Shown here one piece after another: positions 24,878 to 35,080 of a stretch of DNA of 64,000 nucleotides. Both the position numbers and the translations under genes were made by a program. The notes under the pieces were generated by a model. That model did not search any database, was not told where the DNA came from, and worked only from the letters and a program-made list of their open reading frames with translations. The DNA is from Methanothermococcus sp. Ax23 (GTDB taxonomy: Archaea > AGJL01 > Methanococci > Methanococcales > Methanococcaceae). The stretch is from contig NZ_CP157522.1 in the NCBI RefSeq assembly GCF_049075655.1, positions 640,001 to 704,000 of the forward strand. Direction: 5' to 3'. Positions within the stretch are counted from its first letter, which is position 1, and each line of letters begins with the position of its first letter.

Positions 24878-27346
24878 TTATAAGGTTACATCAATGTCCA
24901 AATGCTCTGTTAATTCTTTGTATCTATTTCTAATAGTTACCTCTGTAACGCCTGCAACATCTGCAACTTCTCTCTGGGTTCTTCTAGTGCCATGCAGAAC
25001 ACTTGCAATATATATTGCAGCAGCTGCAACTCCTGTTGGTCCCCTACCACTTGTTAAACCTTTTTCATTGGCTTTTTGAAGTATTGCAATGGCTTTTGAT
25101 TCTACCTCCCCAGGTAATTTAAGTTCTGATGCAAATCTTGGCACATAATCTATTGGATTTGTTGGAGCAAGCCTTATTTTCAATTCTCTTGAAATAAATC
25201 TGTATGTTCTTCCGATTTCTTTTCTATCTACTCTGGATATTTCTGCAATTTCGTCAAGGGTTCTTGGAACTTTACATCTTCTACATGCGGCATACAGAGC
25301 TGCGGCAGCCACCCCCTCAATACTTCTACCTCTGATTAATCCTTTTTCTACGGCACCCCTATATAGAACTGCGGCGTTTTCCCTAACATTTCTTGGGAGA
25401 CCTAATTTTGAAGCTATTCTATCCAATTCAGAGAGAGCAAATGCTAAGTTTCTTTCGGAAGCATCTGAAACCCTTATTCTTCTTTGCCATTTTCTTAATC
25501 TATATAGCTGAGCTCTCCTATCTGCTGAAATATCCTTTCCATAACTATCTTTATTTCTCCAATCTATTACTGTGGATAATCCTTTATCGTGTATGGTGTT
25601 ATGAAGAACAAATGCTCCATAACCAGCAACGAAGTTTTCAGCATTTGGAACTGTTAAATCGTAAGCATACCCATTTGTTGGTTTTGTTTTTTCAATCTTC
25701 TTAATTTTTAAGAATATAAAATCAGAGCTCGCAAGTTTTTCCAATTTCTTATCATTATATTTTTTTGCAATGTTCAATGCAAGAGCTCTACTTATTCTTT
25801 TTCTGTCTCTACATTTCCATTCTTTTTTATACTCAGCAGGTGCAGGAATTAACTCTTCAATAGGCGGTTTTTTATTTTCTTTGCTGTAATTTTCAATATA
25901 TCCTAATTTTACTATATGCTTAGGATTTGTAATTCTTAACATATAGGCATCTGAATCCTTTATATGCTGACCATTTAACTCATGACCTTTGATGAGCTCA
26001 TAGTTATAATTTGAATTTATGCCCAATTGAAGCAATAGCATCATTAAATCATTTATTAATTCCTTTGATGAAGAAACCGCAGTTAATTGAATTGTGCTGT
26101 ATTTTTTGTTTGTATATAAATTTCCATCGCCGTTGAAGTATCCTTTTAAAAACTCTATTTTTAAGTTTTTAGGCAATAAGTAGATAATAGATGGAACTCT
26201 TTTTTCCTTTGCACCAGATTTAATACCCAAGGCTTTAAACAATTCCACAAAGACTTTATTTGTAATTTCGATTTGAACTGCGGATTTGTTGCTGTTTTTA
26301 AGATATAATTTAGGTTTAATTCCAAATTTTTTGAAGAATGAAACAACTTCATCGATATATTCCGTTTCATGTTTTCCAAATGAAAATACCAATCTATTAT
26401 CTGTATAATGTCCTTCGGCAATATAATAACCTAATATTTTAGCAAATGTTTCATCTATCTTTAATTTTGATGGTATTTTTAATCCAGAGCCATACCTAAC
26501 AGTTGCAAACTCTGGAACTTCAATTTTTGAATTTATCACATATTCAACTGGTGCGGATTGTCTCTTTTTCCAACTACTGTTTTCATAAGGATAATTGAAT
26601 TGAATATAGCATCCTTTCAGCAACTTCGATAGGTCTAATTCAATATTATATTCAACATTTGGCAATCTTTTTGCAAGCACTAAATAATCCCCTTCTCTGA
26701 GCTCATCTACTCTGGTTTCTACAACTTCACCATCTTTAAGTGCGAATACGCTGTGGCTTCCAGTGGTTTTTATGTGCTTATTTCCTTCAACAACTATATT
26801 ATACACAGAATTTACAGGATGCCTCGAAACCTCGGATACATTCATATAGCTAAATTTATAATCGCTATCGAATGCTACCACTTCTAAATTTTTATCTTCA
26901 ATATTGGCGATTTCCAAAATGCCCTCTTTTCTAATATTTTTCGAGTTTTCGATATATCTGTCAATTAACTCCCCAATTTTTACAATTTTTACATTTCCAT
27001 TTTCTTTAATTATTATCGGCTCGTTGTAATCTACACTATATGTCATCGGAGCTCCGACCCTACTTCTTTTAACTCTCTGCTCATGGTCAAATGCTCTCCA
27101 TTCAGGACCTACATCAAATAAATTCTGCTGTAAAACACATCCACAATCTGCACAGACGATTTCAGCCCTTTCGTAATCTTTAATAACATTTTTGCTTCCA
27201 CAGATTGGGCAAACTAACTCTTCTTCTTTTTCAATAATAACATTTTTAGAGGAATCTTCATTAATTGGTGGTCTTTCCATTATTTTTTTTTCTTCTTTTT
27301 TTGTTTCTTCGCTATTTTTTTGTTTTGACACTAATTTCATTTCCAT
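24878..27346 (-). CDS. tfb: Transcription initiation factor IIB with intein
   Basis: Zn ribbon CPICG...CADCG, GPEWRAF, cyclin repeats GLIRGRSIE and [20 protein letters not shown]. Extein about 342 aa. Confidence 0.96.
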   Translation of the reverse strand: MEMKLVSKQKNSEETKKEEKKIMERPPINEDSSKNVIIEKEEELVCPICGSKNVIKDYERAEIVCADCGCVLQQNLFDVGPEWRAFDHEQRVKRSRVGAPMTYSVDYNEPIIIKENGNVKIVKIGELIDRYIENSKNIRKEGILEIANIEDKNLEVVAFDSDYKFSYMNVSEVSRHPVNSVYNIVVEGNKHIKTTGSHSVFALKDGEVVETRVDELREGDYLVLAKRLPNVEYNIELDLSKLLKGCYIQFNYPYENSSWKKRQSAPVEYVINSKIEVPEFATVRYGSGLKIPSKLKIDETFAKILGYYIAEGHYTDNRLVFSFGKHETEYIDEVVSFFKKFGIKPKLYLKNSNKSAVQIEITNKVFVELFKALGIKSGAKEKRVPSIIYLLPKNLKIEFLKGYFNGDGNLYTNKKYSTIQLTAVSSSKELINDLMMLLLQLGINSNYNYELIKGHELNGQHIKDSDAYMLRITNPKHIVKLGYIENYSKENKKPPIEELIPAPAEYKKEWKCRDRKRISRALALNIAKKYNDKKLEKLASSDFIFLKIKKIEKTKPTNGYAYDLTVPNAENFVAGYGAFVLHNTIHDKGLSTVIDWRNKDSYGKDISADRRAQLYRLRKWQRRIRVSDASERNLAFALSELDRIASKLGLPRNVRENAAVLYRGAVEKGLIRGRSIEGVAAAALYAACRRCKVPRTLDEIAEISRVDRKEIGRTYRFISRELKIRLAPTNPIDYVPRFASELKLPGEVESKAIAILQKANEKGLTSGRGPTGVAAAAIYIASVLHGTRRTQREVADVAGVTEVTIRNRYKELTEHLDIDVTL
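25598..27037 (-). mobile_element. TFB intein (480 aa) with LAGLIDADG homing endonuclease
   Basis: Junctions APMTY|SVDYNEP and FVLHN|TIHDKG; block B TTGSHS; ILGYYIAEG and [10 protein letters not shown]; [11 protein letters not shown]. Confidence 0.93.
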
Positions 27347-27447
27347 AATTACACCATCATGGAATTATGCATAAAATACAAAATGCAATAATATTGGTTT
27401 TTAAATAATGATAAATACTCATGATTTAGTATAGTTAATTATAATAA

Positions 27448-27732
27448 TTATTTCGACCGTTTTTTATGCCGCCTTGTCTTCTGCACTTTTTTAGCATCTG
27501 AAATAACTGCTTCCCCAACTTCAAGAGCTCTATTGCCAACTGCGTCGTTGAATGGTATTATCTTTACATACGGTTTATTAACTGGTCCAAAAACATCGTA
27601 AATCTTTCCAAGCTTCGTTCTACTCTCAGTTTTTAAAAAAACAATAGCATTTATTTGAGGTTGGCGGTCTGTTCTTCCAATTATTTTCCCCTTAGGAGTT
27701 TTATGTAATATCTTTATTTTTTTCAAAATCAC
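27448..27732 (-). CDS. gar1: H/ACA RNP component Gar1/Naf1
   Basis: KLGKIYDVFGPVNKPYVKI motif; upstream of tfb as is usual in archaea. Start may be TTG at 27726. Confidence 0.85.
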   Translation of the reverse strand: MILKKIKILHKTPKGKIIGRTDRQPQINAIVFLKTESRTKLGKIYDVFGPVNKPYVKIIPFNDAVGNRALEVGEAVISDAKKVQKTRRHKKRSK

Positions 27733-27814
27733 TCCTCCGAGCTCCTTAAATCATGTATTTAAAATTATTAATTTATTAATTGTTAATCTATGATATATAA
27801 ACAATCACTACTAC

Positions 27815-27842
27815 TATATAAATGTTTCGAAAAATATATATA
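27815..27842. promoter_or_regulatory. Back-to-back BRE/TATA promoters (gar1-tfb leftward; hairpin/rbcL rightward)
   Basis: TATATAAATGTTTCGAAAAATATATATA: the plus strand reads CGAAAAATATATATA and the minus strand reads CGAAACATTTATATA, sharing a central TTCGAA. Confidence 0.6.
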
Positions 27843-27888
27843 GTCGTTTCCAAAATTGAATAATTAATTCTCATATTATGAATAATAT

Positions 27889-28045
27889 ATTATGTATAGG
27901 TCATGATGTAATAACTGATTACCATATAATTATAAATTCGTTTGTAAGAGAATTCGATACTCTAATGTGGGTATTATCAAATAATTATGGACTTGTTCAT
28001 CAAATAGTATAATAGTCAGTTGTAATGTCACGACCTATGTATAAT
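27889..28045 (+). ncRNA. Candidate structured RNA or 5' leader upstream of rbcL
   Basis: 27889-27927 pairs with 28007-28045: 28 Watson-Crick, 7 G-U, 4 mismatches on the plus strand. Inner hairpin at 27956-27975. Confidence 0.5.
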
Positions 28046-28135
28046 TTCGCCAAATATAATAAACTCGTTCTGAGGGATAAGTATAATAAATATGAATATT
28101 ATAATAATATCTATAAAATAAAAAAGGGGGATATT

Positions 28136-29413
28136 ATGGATTATTTAGAAATCGGTTATGTACCAAAGGATAATGAACTACTTTCATGCATGGTAGTAAA
28201 AGCTGAAAACCTTGAAAAGGCGGCAAATGATATTGCAGGTGAGAGCTCCATAGGAACATGGACTGAATTAAAAACAATGAAAAGCGAGGTATATGAAAAA
28301 CTCAGACCAAGAGTATATGAAATAAAGGAGATTGGAAGTGAGGGGAACAATAAAATTGGATTGGTAAAAATAGCTTATCCATTGGATGATTTTGAGCCAA
28401 ACAACATGCCGGGAACTCTTGCAGGAATAGCAGGAAATATTTTTGGAATGAAATCTCTAAAAGGATTAAGAATATTGGATTTTAGGTTCCCAAAGGAATT
28501 TATAGATTGTTATTCTGGACCAAAATATGGGATAGATGGAATAAGAAACCTATTGAATGTTAAGGAAAGACCATTGGTTGGAACAATAGTTAAGCCAAAA
28601 GTTGGGTTAAATTCCGAAGAACATGCAAAAGTGGCATATAATTCATGGGCAGGCGGTTGCGATATAGTAAAGGATGATGAAAACCTTGTTTCACAGAATT
28701 TTAATAAATTTGAAGATAGATTGTATAAGGTATTGGAATACAGGGATAAAGCAGAGTCTGAAACTGGTGAAAAGAAAATATACATGCCAAACATCACTGC
28801 ATCGTATAGGGAAATGGTAAGAAGAGCTGAGCTCGTAGAGGATGCAAAATGTGAGTATGCCATGATTGATGTTGTGGTGCTTGGGTTTTCAGCAGTTCAG
28901 CAGATTAGAGAGGAAGGTTTTGATTTTGTAATTCATGCCCACAGGGCAATGCATGCGGCTATTACTCGTTCCAAAGAATGGGGCATATCAATGCTTGCAC
29001 TTGCAAAAATATACAGATTATTGGGTGTTGACCAACTTCATATTGGGACAGTTGTTGGAAAGATGGAAGGGGTAAAAGAGGAGGTATGCAGTATAAGGGA
29101 TGAAATAGTGTTGGAGGATGTTGAAAAAGATGATAAATATAAGTTCTTTGACCAGAAATGGTATGGATTAAATAATGTATTTCCAGTATCATCAGGAGGG
29201 GTTTATCCTAAATTAGTTCCAGAAATTGTGAATATCTTTGGAAATGATGTAATTATTCAGGCAGGCGGAGGTATTCACGGACATCCAGATGGCACAGTTG
29301 CAGGAGCTCGGGCAATGAGGGCATCAATTGAGGCAGCTGCTGAGGGCATCCCACTAAATGAAAAAGCGGAAGAAGTTCCAGAACTTAAAAAGGCATTAGA
29401 ATATTGGAAATAA
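28136..29413 (+). CDS. rbcL: Ribulose-1,5-bisphosphate carboxylase, form III
   Basis: IAGESSIGTW, GTIVKPKVG, GCDIVKDDE, HAHRAMH, HIGTVVGKMEG, SSGG, QAGGGIHGHP. Start set to MDYLEIG after GGGGG. Confidence 0.95.
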   Translation: MDYLEIGYVPKDNELLSCMVVKAENLEKAANDIAGESSIGTWTELKTMKSEVYEKLRPRVYEIKEIGSEGNNKIGLVKIAYPLDDFEPNNMPGTLAGIAGNIFGMKSLKGLRILDFRFPKEFIDCYSGPKYGIDGIRNLLNVKERPLVGTIVKPKVGLNSEEHAKVAYNSWAGGCDIVKDDENLVSQNFNKFEDRLYKVLEYRDKAESETGEKKIYMPNITASYREMVRRAELVEDAKCEYAMIDVVVLGFSAVQQIREEGFDFVIHAHRAMHAAITRSKEWGISMLALAKIYRLLGVDQLHIGTVVGKMEGVKEEVCSIRDEIVLEDVEKDDKYKFFDQKWYGLNNVFPVSSGGVYPKLVPEIVNIFGNDVIIQAGGGIHGHPDGTVAGARAMRASIEAAAEGIPLNEKAEEVPELKKALEYWK

Positions 29414-29480
29414 TTTTTATTTATTTTAATTATAATTTTTTAATAAATCGTTTTTTGTAAATTTATTATGCGGTGGTATA

Positions 29481-31208
29481 TTGGGTTCAGGTGATAAAAG
29501 CGAAATTGATAACTTGTGTGATAAAGGTTTATATGATGAGGCAGTTCGTTTAGCTAAAAATAAGAAAGGGAGTAAATCAAAATCTTTACTTAAAATAGTT
29601 AAACATTTGTGTAGTAGTATGTTATACGATAAAGCAATCCAAGTGGCTAATGACATACCTGCTAATAATTATAAATACGCATCACTATTTGAAATATCTA
29701 AATCTTTATATATCAAAGGTATGTACGATAAAGCAATCCAAGTGGCTAATAAGATACCCGATAAGAACTATAAGATGGATATATTATCCAAAATATCTAA
29801 AATATCCAAATGCAAATATGATGAAGCATTAAAGTTATGTGAAGAGGGGTTATACGATAAAGCACTTCAAGTGGCTAGTGAAATTCCCAATAAAGAATAT
29901 AAATCTGAGACATTATCTAAGCTATCAAAATGTATGTATGATGATATATTAAAGTTATGTGGGGAAAGAGCGTATAATAAAGCAATCCAATTAGCTAATA
30001 AAATACCCAATAAAGAGCATAAACTTGAATCATTATTTAAAATATCAAAATGTATGTATAATAATACATTAAGATTATGTGATAAGGAATTATACGATAG
30101 GGCAATTCAAGTAGCCATTAAAATACCTAATAATGATTATAAATCTAAATCACTATCTAAAATATCAGAATCTTTATGTAATAAAGGACTATCTGACAAA
30201 GCAATCCAAGTGGTTAATAAGATACCTAATAATGATTATAAATCTAAATCACTATTTAAGATATCTCAATCTTTATGTGATAAGGAATTATACGATAGGG
30301 CAATTCAAGTAGCCATTAAAATACCTAATAATGATTATAAATCTAAATCACTATCTAAAATATCAGAATCTTTATATAATAAAGGATTATATAGTAGGTC
30401 TATCCAAATTGCTAATAAAATACCGCATGAAAGTCATAGATATGAAACTTTAATTAAAATGTCTGAATTTTTATATTGTAATGGATTATATGACGAAGCT
30501 ATTCAGGTGGCTAATGAGCTTAATGAAAAATCTAAATTTGAACTTCTGTTTAAAATATCGGAATCTTTATGTAATTGTGAATTATCTAATAAAACAACAT
30601 TAATATATGATAAAGTTATTCAGGCATCTGCTGAATTATCTAATGAACTGAATAGGTCTAAAATTGTATTTAAAATATCGGAATCTTTATGTAATAATAA
30701 ATTATATGATAAAGCTATCCAAATAGTTGGCAATATATCAAGCACATATTACAAATCGAAATCATTGTTTAAAATATCAGAATCTTTATGCAATAATGAA
30801 ATGTATGATAAAGCCATCCAAGTGGCTGATAAAATATATGATTACAATTACAAAATCAAAGCATTATTGGTAATAGCAGAATCCCAATATAAAAATGGAT
30901 TGACTAACAAATCAATGAATATATATGATAAAGCTATCCAAGTAGCTAATGCAAAACCAAAACTCTTATTGACCATAGCAGAATCATTATACAACATTGG
31001 ATTAACCAATAAGGCAGAATCTTTATATGATAAAGCCATATACATTGCTAAAAATAAGCTTAATGAGGATGTTAAATTTGAAATTATGGAGGATATTGGG
31101 AAATCACTAAACAAGGTGGGATTAACTAGTAAAGCAGAGCAATTAGCCAATGAAATCCCTAAAAGAACTAAAACCGAAAAATTCAATTTATCAGACTATT
31201 TTAATTAA
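29481..31208 (+). CDS. Alpha-solenoid (TPR-like) protein built from ~33 aa repeats
   Basis: About 15 repeats of YKSKSLxKISESLCxKGLYDKAIQVANKIP. Confidence 0.8.
   Translation: MGSGDKSEIDNLCDKGLYDEAVRLAKNKKGSKSKSLLKIVKHLCSSMLYDKAIQVANDIPANNYKYASLFEISKSLYIKGMYDKAIQVANKIPDKNYKMDILSKISKISKCKYDEALKLCEEGLYDKALQVASEIPNKEYKSETLSKLSKCMYDDILKLCGERAYNKAIQLANKIPNKEHKLESLFKISKCMYNNTLRLCDKELYDRAIQVAIKIPNNDYKSKSLSKISESLCNKGLSDKAIQVVNKIPNNDYKSKSLFKISQSLCDKELYDRAIQVAIKIPNNDYKSKSLSKISESLYNKGLYSRSIQIANKIPHESHRYETLIKMSEFLYCNGLYDEAIQVANELNEKSKFELLFKISESLCNCELSNKTTLIYDKVIQASAELSNELNRSKIVFKISESLCNNKLYDKAIQIVGNISSTYYKSKSLFKISESLCNNEMYDKAIQVADKIYDYNYKIKALLVIAESQYKNGLTNKSMNIYDKAIQVANAKPKLLLTIAESLYNIGLTNKAESLYDKAIYIAKNKLNEDVKFEIMEDIGKSLNKVGLTSKAEQLANEIPKRTKTEKFNLSDYFN
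30075..30375 (+). repeat. Exact 103 bp direct repeat inside the solenoid gene
   Basis: 30075-30177 equals 30273-30375; offset 198 bp = two 33-codon units. Confidence 0.88.
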
Positions 31209-31329
31209 CTAGAATTAATATTTTATTTTAAAGATTTATAGTATATTCAATTTTATACCTTCTTATTTTCGTTATTAATTTATATTATAAGATGATACTC
31301 TTTTAATCAAAATAATTTAGGAGATTAAA

Positions 31330-32385
31330 ATGGATGCCGTAGAAGTGTTGGAAAATTCAATTAAAGCATATAAATTAACAACAAAATATCATGGAAATTA
31401 TACTGATTTAAAGAGAGCTCTGTTTTTAGGATGGTATTGTAATTTAACAGAACCTTGCAAATTTTGCTACATGTCATCCCAAAAGCCGAAAATAAAAGAC
31501 CCAAAATCTGCAAGAAGAAGAATTGAAACCATACTTGCAGAGGCAATATTGATGAAAAGAATAGGCTGGAAATTGGAGTTTATCTCTGGCGGCTATGGAT
31601 ATACTGTGGAGGAATTAAATGATATACTTGAAATGGTTTCCTATGTTCAAAAATCAAAACAGTATTTAAATGTTGGAATAGTGGATTTTGAGAACTTGAA
31701 TTTAGATGTAATTGAGGGAGTAGTTGGGGCAATTGAAACAGTAAATGCGGAGCTCCACAACTACCTATGCCCGCAAAAACCAATTGATAAAACAAAGGAA
31801 ATGCTTTTAAGAGCTAAGGATTACAATTTAAAAACTGGAATTACTATAATATTGGGCATGGGTGAAAAAGAAGAGGATATTGAAAAACTTTTAAATTTAA
31901 TTGAAGAGCTTGATTTAGATAGAATTACATTTTATTCATTAAATCCGCAAAAAGACACAATATTTGAGGGAAAACCGTCCATTACCACATTAGAATATAT
32001 GAACTGGGTTTCATCAGTTAGACTGAATTTTCCAAAGATGGAGGTAATCACGGGAACATGGGTTGATAAACTTACAAATATAGGTCCTTTAATAATGAGT
32101 GGTTCAAATACCATTACAAAGTTTCCATTATTTAGCATATTTGGAAAGAAAGAGGGAATCACAGTAGAAAATGAAATAAAATCTACTGGAAGGGAACTAC
32201 TGGGGACTTTTTCAGATATTGAAGTGTTGGAAGGAAAAAAGAAACTTAAAAATACGCCTTATGTTGATGAAGATATAATAATAAGTGATAAAAACATTGA
32301 ACTACTGAGCTCTCTAAAAGATAAAATTGATGATAAAGTAAATAGCTATATTTTGAGAACCTTAAAAAGAGTTAATAATAAATAA
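31330..32385 (+). CDS. Radical SAM protein, BioB-like, with CX5CX2C motif
   Basis: WYCNLTEPCKFC, ISGG, GAIETVN, KTGITIILGMGE. Confidence 0.8.
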   Translation: MDAVEVLENSIKAYKLTTKYHGNYTDLKRALFLGWYCNLTEPCKFCYMSSQKPKIKDPKSARRRIETILAEAILMKRIGWKLEFISGGYGYTVEELNDILEMVSYVQKSKQYLNVGIVDFENLNLDVIEGVVGAIETVNAELHNYLCPQKPIDKTKEMLLRAKDYNLKTGITIILGMGEKEEDIEKLLNLIEELDLDRITFYSLNPQKDTIFEGKPSITTLEYMNWVSSVRLNFPKMEVITGTWVDKLTNIGPLIMSGSNTITKFPLFSIFGKKEGITVENEIKSTGRELLGTFSDIEVLEGKKKLKNTPYVDEDIIISDKNIELLSSLKDKIDDKVNSYILRTLKRVNNK

Positions 32386-32421
32386 TTGGAAATATGGGCG
32401 TAATATAACGAATAATAGAAA

Positions 32422-32943
32422 GTGATAATTATGAAACATAGACCTTTAAATAGTGAGGAAGTTAAATCAGTTAAAAATATATTAATCAACTACATCGGAA
32501 AAAACATAGAAAACTTTAAATTTGAGAACCTATATGTTTTGGAAGATAAAGATGAATATGTGGCAATATATGCAAATAAAGAAGTTCTCGAAACTCTTAA
32601 AAACTTTGATAGAAATATCTATGGTGCAGGCATTTCATTTGGAAATTTTGAAATTAAGCGCAGTGGCAGTGAAAATAAAATTAAATTTTCAATATCCTTG
32701 GAAGGCATGTCGTTGATTTCAAAAGATATTATAAAAAATTATGTGATTGTAAATAAAAAAGGCGAAACTTTATTTTTATACGGCAGAGATGTATTTAAAT
32801 CATCGATTTTGGAGATAAATGGCGGAGGAAAGGTTGCAGTATTTAATAAAAATAAGGAGCTCCTTGGTGTTGGGAACTATGGTGGAGGAGATATAATCAA
32901 GAATATCATTGACAAGGGATGGTATTTGAGAAAAGGTGGATAA
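32422..32943 (+). CDS. NIP7-like PUA-domain protein
   Basis: IYGAGISFG, GETLFLYGRDVFKSSI, VFNKNKELLGVG, NIIDKGWYLRKGG. Confidence 0.8.
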   Translation: MIIMKHRPLNSEEVKSVKNILINYIGKNIENFKFENLYVLEDKDEYVAIYANKEVLETLKNFDRNIYGAGISFGNFEIKRSGSENKIKFSISLEGMSLISKDIIKNYVIVNKKGETLFLYGRDVFKSSILEINGGGKVAVFNKNKELLGVGNYGGGDIIKNIIDKGWYLRKGG

Positions 32944-32973
32944 TTATTATATTAATTTAAAAAAAGAATAGAT

Positions 32974-33795
32974 GTGAAAAACATGAATTCAAAAGAATTG
33001 GTTAGTAGAATTTTAAATGATATTTATGAAAATTTAGATGAATATTCAAAAGATTTGATAAGGGCATGCAATTTCGATGTGCAATTTAAGAATTTATATA
33101 TTATAGATGATAAAACAGGAAAGAAGGTAAATATAAAGAATTTAATGGATTGTGAGAACATTGCATCCTTTGAGGCTCAAAATAGGATATATAAATTTAA
33201 AAAAGTCAGTTTAAAAAAGATGATTGATGAGATTATAATAATACACATGTCATCGAGAAAATCAAAAGATGGTTATTCTTTTGAAGTAGATAGTGATTAT
33301 AAGGTGGTTGAACCATCCATAGTTATAAATTATGAACATAAGGAAAGAATATTAATGTGGAATGAGCTCACCGAGGAGGAGCTCGATGAAAAACTTGCAG
33401 ATTTTGACATGAAAATCAATACAATAACTGAGGATGTTTTAAAAAAGATAGGATGTATTGATAATAATAATTTTGTAGTGTATATGGATGTATTTATGGA
33501 TTTAGAGATTATTAAGAACATCACTGAAAAGGAAGGAAATATGGTAATGATTTGGGTGCATCCGTTGTTTATATTTTCAAATGATAATGTGGTAAAGGGA
33601 ATCATAACATATGAGCTCTCAAAATACAATAAAAATATACTCGAAATGTTCTATAAGGATATTATGGAATACTGTAAAGAATATAAAAAGCTCTGCGGTA
33701 AAAATTTAAAGATATTGGAAAAGATAAAGGAAATAGCAATAAAAAGAAATGATGAAAAGGTTATTAAAGCCATTAAAGAGATGGAATTTATTTAA
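32974..33795 (+). CDS. Hypothetical protein
   Basis: 273-codon ORF co-oriented within an apparent operon; no motif recognised with confidence. Confidence 0.7.
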   Translation: MKNMNSKELVSRILNDIYENLDEYSKDLIRACNFDVQFKNLYIIDDKTGKKVNIKNLMDCENIASFEAQNRIYKFKKVSLKKMIDEIIIIHMSSRKSKDGYSFEVDSDYKVVEPSIVINYEHKERILMWNELTEEELDEKLADFDMKINTITEDVLKKIGCIDNNNFVVYMDVFMDLEIIKNITEKEGNMVMIWVHPLFIFSNDNVVKGIITYELSKYNKNILEMFYKDIMEYCKEYKKLCGKNLKILEKIKEIAIKRNDEKVIKAIKEMEFI

Positions 33796-33874
33796 TTTAT
33801 TAAATATTAAATATTATCTTTATTATCTTTATTTTTTACTTTTTTATTGATTATTTTTAAAGATACGTGATATT

Positions 33875-35080
33875 ATGAAACTCAGACAGATTCCAGAGGA
33901 TTTTATTGTTGAGGAGATTTTAGACAATGATATTGATGGTATTAAAAGTAATACTGATAAGGGAAGTTTTAATTTATACATTTTAAAAAAAACAAACATA
34001 GAAAATTTAAAGGCGTTATCCTATGTTTCAAAAGAATTCAATATTCCATTGAAGGACATAGGATACTGCGGTTTAAAGGATAGACACGCTATTACTACGC
34101 AGTATATAACCATTCCATCAAACTACGGGACATTATCAATTGATGAGGAAAATTTAAAATTAAATTATATTAAAACCATAAAAAAGCCACTAAAAATAGG
34201 GGATTTAAAGGGAAACAAATTTAAAATTACAGTTAGGGGCATTGATAAAAACAATTTTTTAAAAATAGGTGAAAATTTAAGAAATCTAAACTTAGGAGCT
34301 CCGAACTATTATGATGACCAAAGGTTTGGAAGTGTATTTCATAATAAATTCATAGCAAAAGAGTATTTGAAAGGAAATTATGAAAATGCACTAAAAATAC
34401 TGCTTATAAATTACAAAAAAAGTGAAAATAAACGAATAAAAGATTTAAAAAGATACATAAAAAGTAATTGGAACGACTGGAAGAAGATTTTAAAATACAT
34501 CAAAAACAACAAAATAAAAAGCAAAATGTTTGTGAATATAATAAAATACCTAAACTATGAGGAAAATCAAATAAATTACAAAGAAGCCCTTAAATATGTT
34601 GATAATCGACTAAAAAAGCTTTTTGTATCTGCATATCAGAGTTATCTTTGGAACGAGTGTGTGAAGGAGCTCCTAAAAAATTACATCCCAAAGGATGAAA
34701 GGATTTATTTAGATTACAGTTGTGGAACATTTTTATTTTATAAAAAAATCGACGATGAACTATTTAATAAATTAAAGGATAAAACATTCCCAACAATTGC
34801 ACCAGATATTGATTATAATGAATTTGATGAAGAATATCAAAACATAATATCAAAAGTTTTGAAAAAGGAAGGAATCAAACTGAATGATTTTAATAAACTA
34901 AATGATTTAGGCAAACTTTCTTATTCTGAAAGATATATTTTGTCCATTCCAAAAAATATCAAATATGAAACCTTTAAAAAAGATGAATTAAATAAAGGGA
35001 AATATAAAATAACTCTTGAATTTGAGTTGAATAAAGGTAGCTATGCTACAATAGTAATAAAAAGAGTATTTAATGCTTAA
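33875..35080 (+). CDS. truD: tRNA pseudouridine(13) synthase TruD
   Basis: PEDFIVEE, GLKDRHAITTQY, GNKFKI, PNYYDDQRFG, AYQSYLWN, LNKGSYAT. Confidence 0.95.
   Translation: MKLRQIPEDFIVEEILDNDIDGIKSNTDKGSFNLYILKKTNIENLKALSYVSKEFNIPLKDIGYCGLKDRHAITTQYITIPSNYGTLSIDEENLKLNYIKTIKKPLKIGDLKGNKFKITVRGIDKNNFLKIGENLRNLNLGAPNYYDDQRFGSVFHNKFIAKEYLKGNYENALKILLINYKKSENKRIKDLKRYIKSNWNDWKKILKYIKNNKIKSKMFVNIIKYLNYEENQINYKEALKYVDNRLKKLFVSAYQSYLWNECVKELLKNYIPKDERIYLDYSCGTFLFYKKIDDELFNKLKDKTFPTIAPDIDYNEFDEEYQNIISKVLKKEGIKLNDFNKLNDLGKLSYSERYILSIPKNIKYETFKKDELNKGKYKITLEFELNKGSYATIVIKRVFNA

Noticed and set aside
28025-28135. N-terminal extension of RubisCO in the ORF track
   Set aside because: Low-complexity Tyr/Asn/Lys sequence that overlaps the hairpin; the RBS supports ATG 28136.
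28136-29413. RubisCO as evidence of a Calvin cycle
   Set aside because: Form III enzyme with no phosphoribulokinase in the window; CODH/ACS indicates Wood-Ljungdahl fixation.
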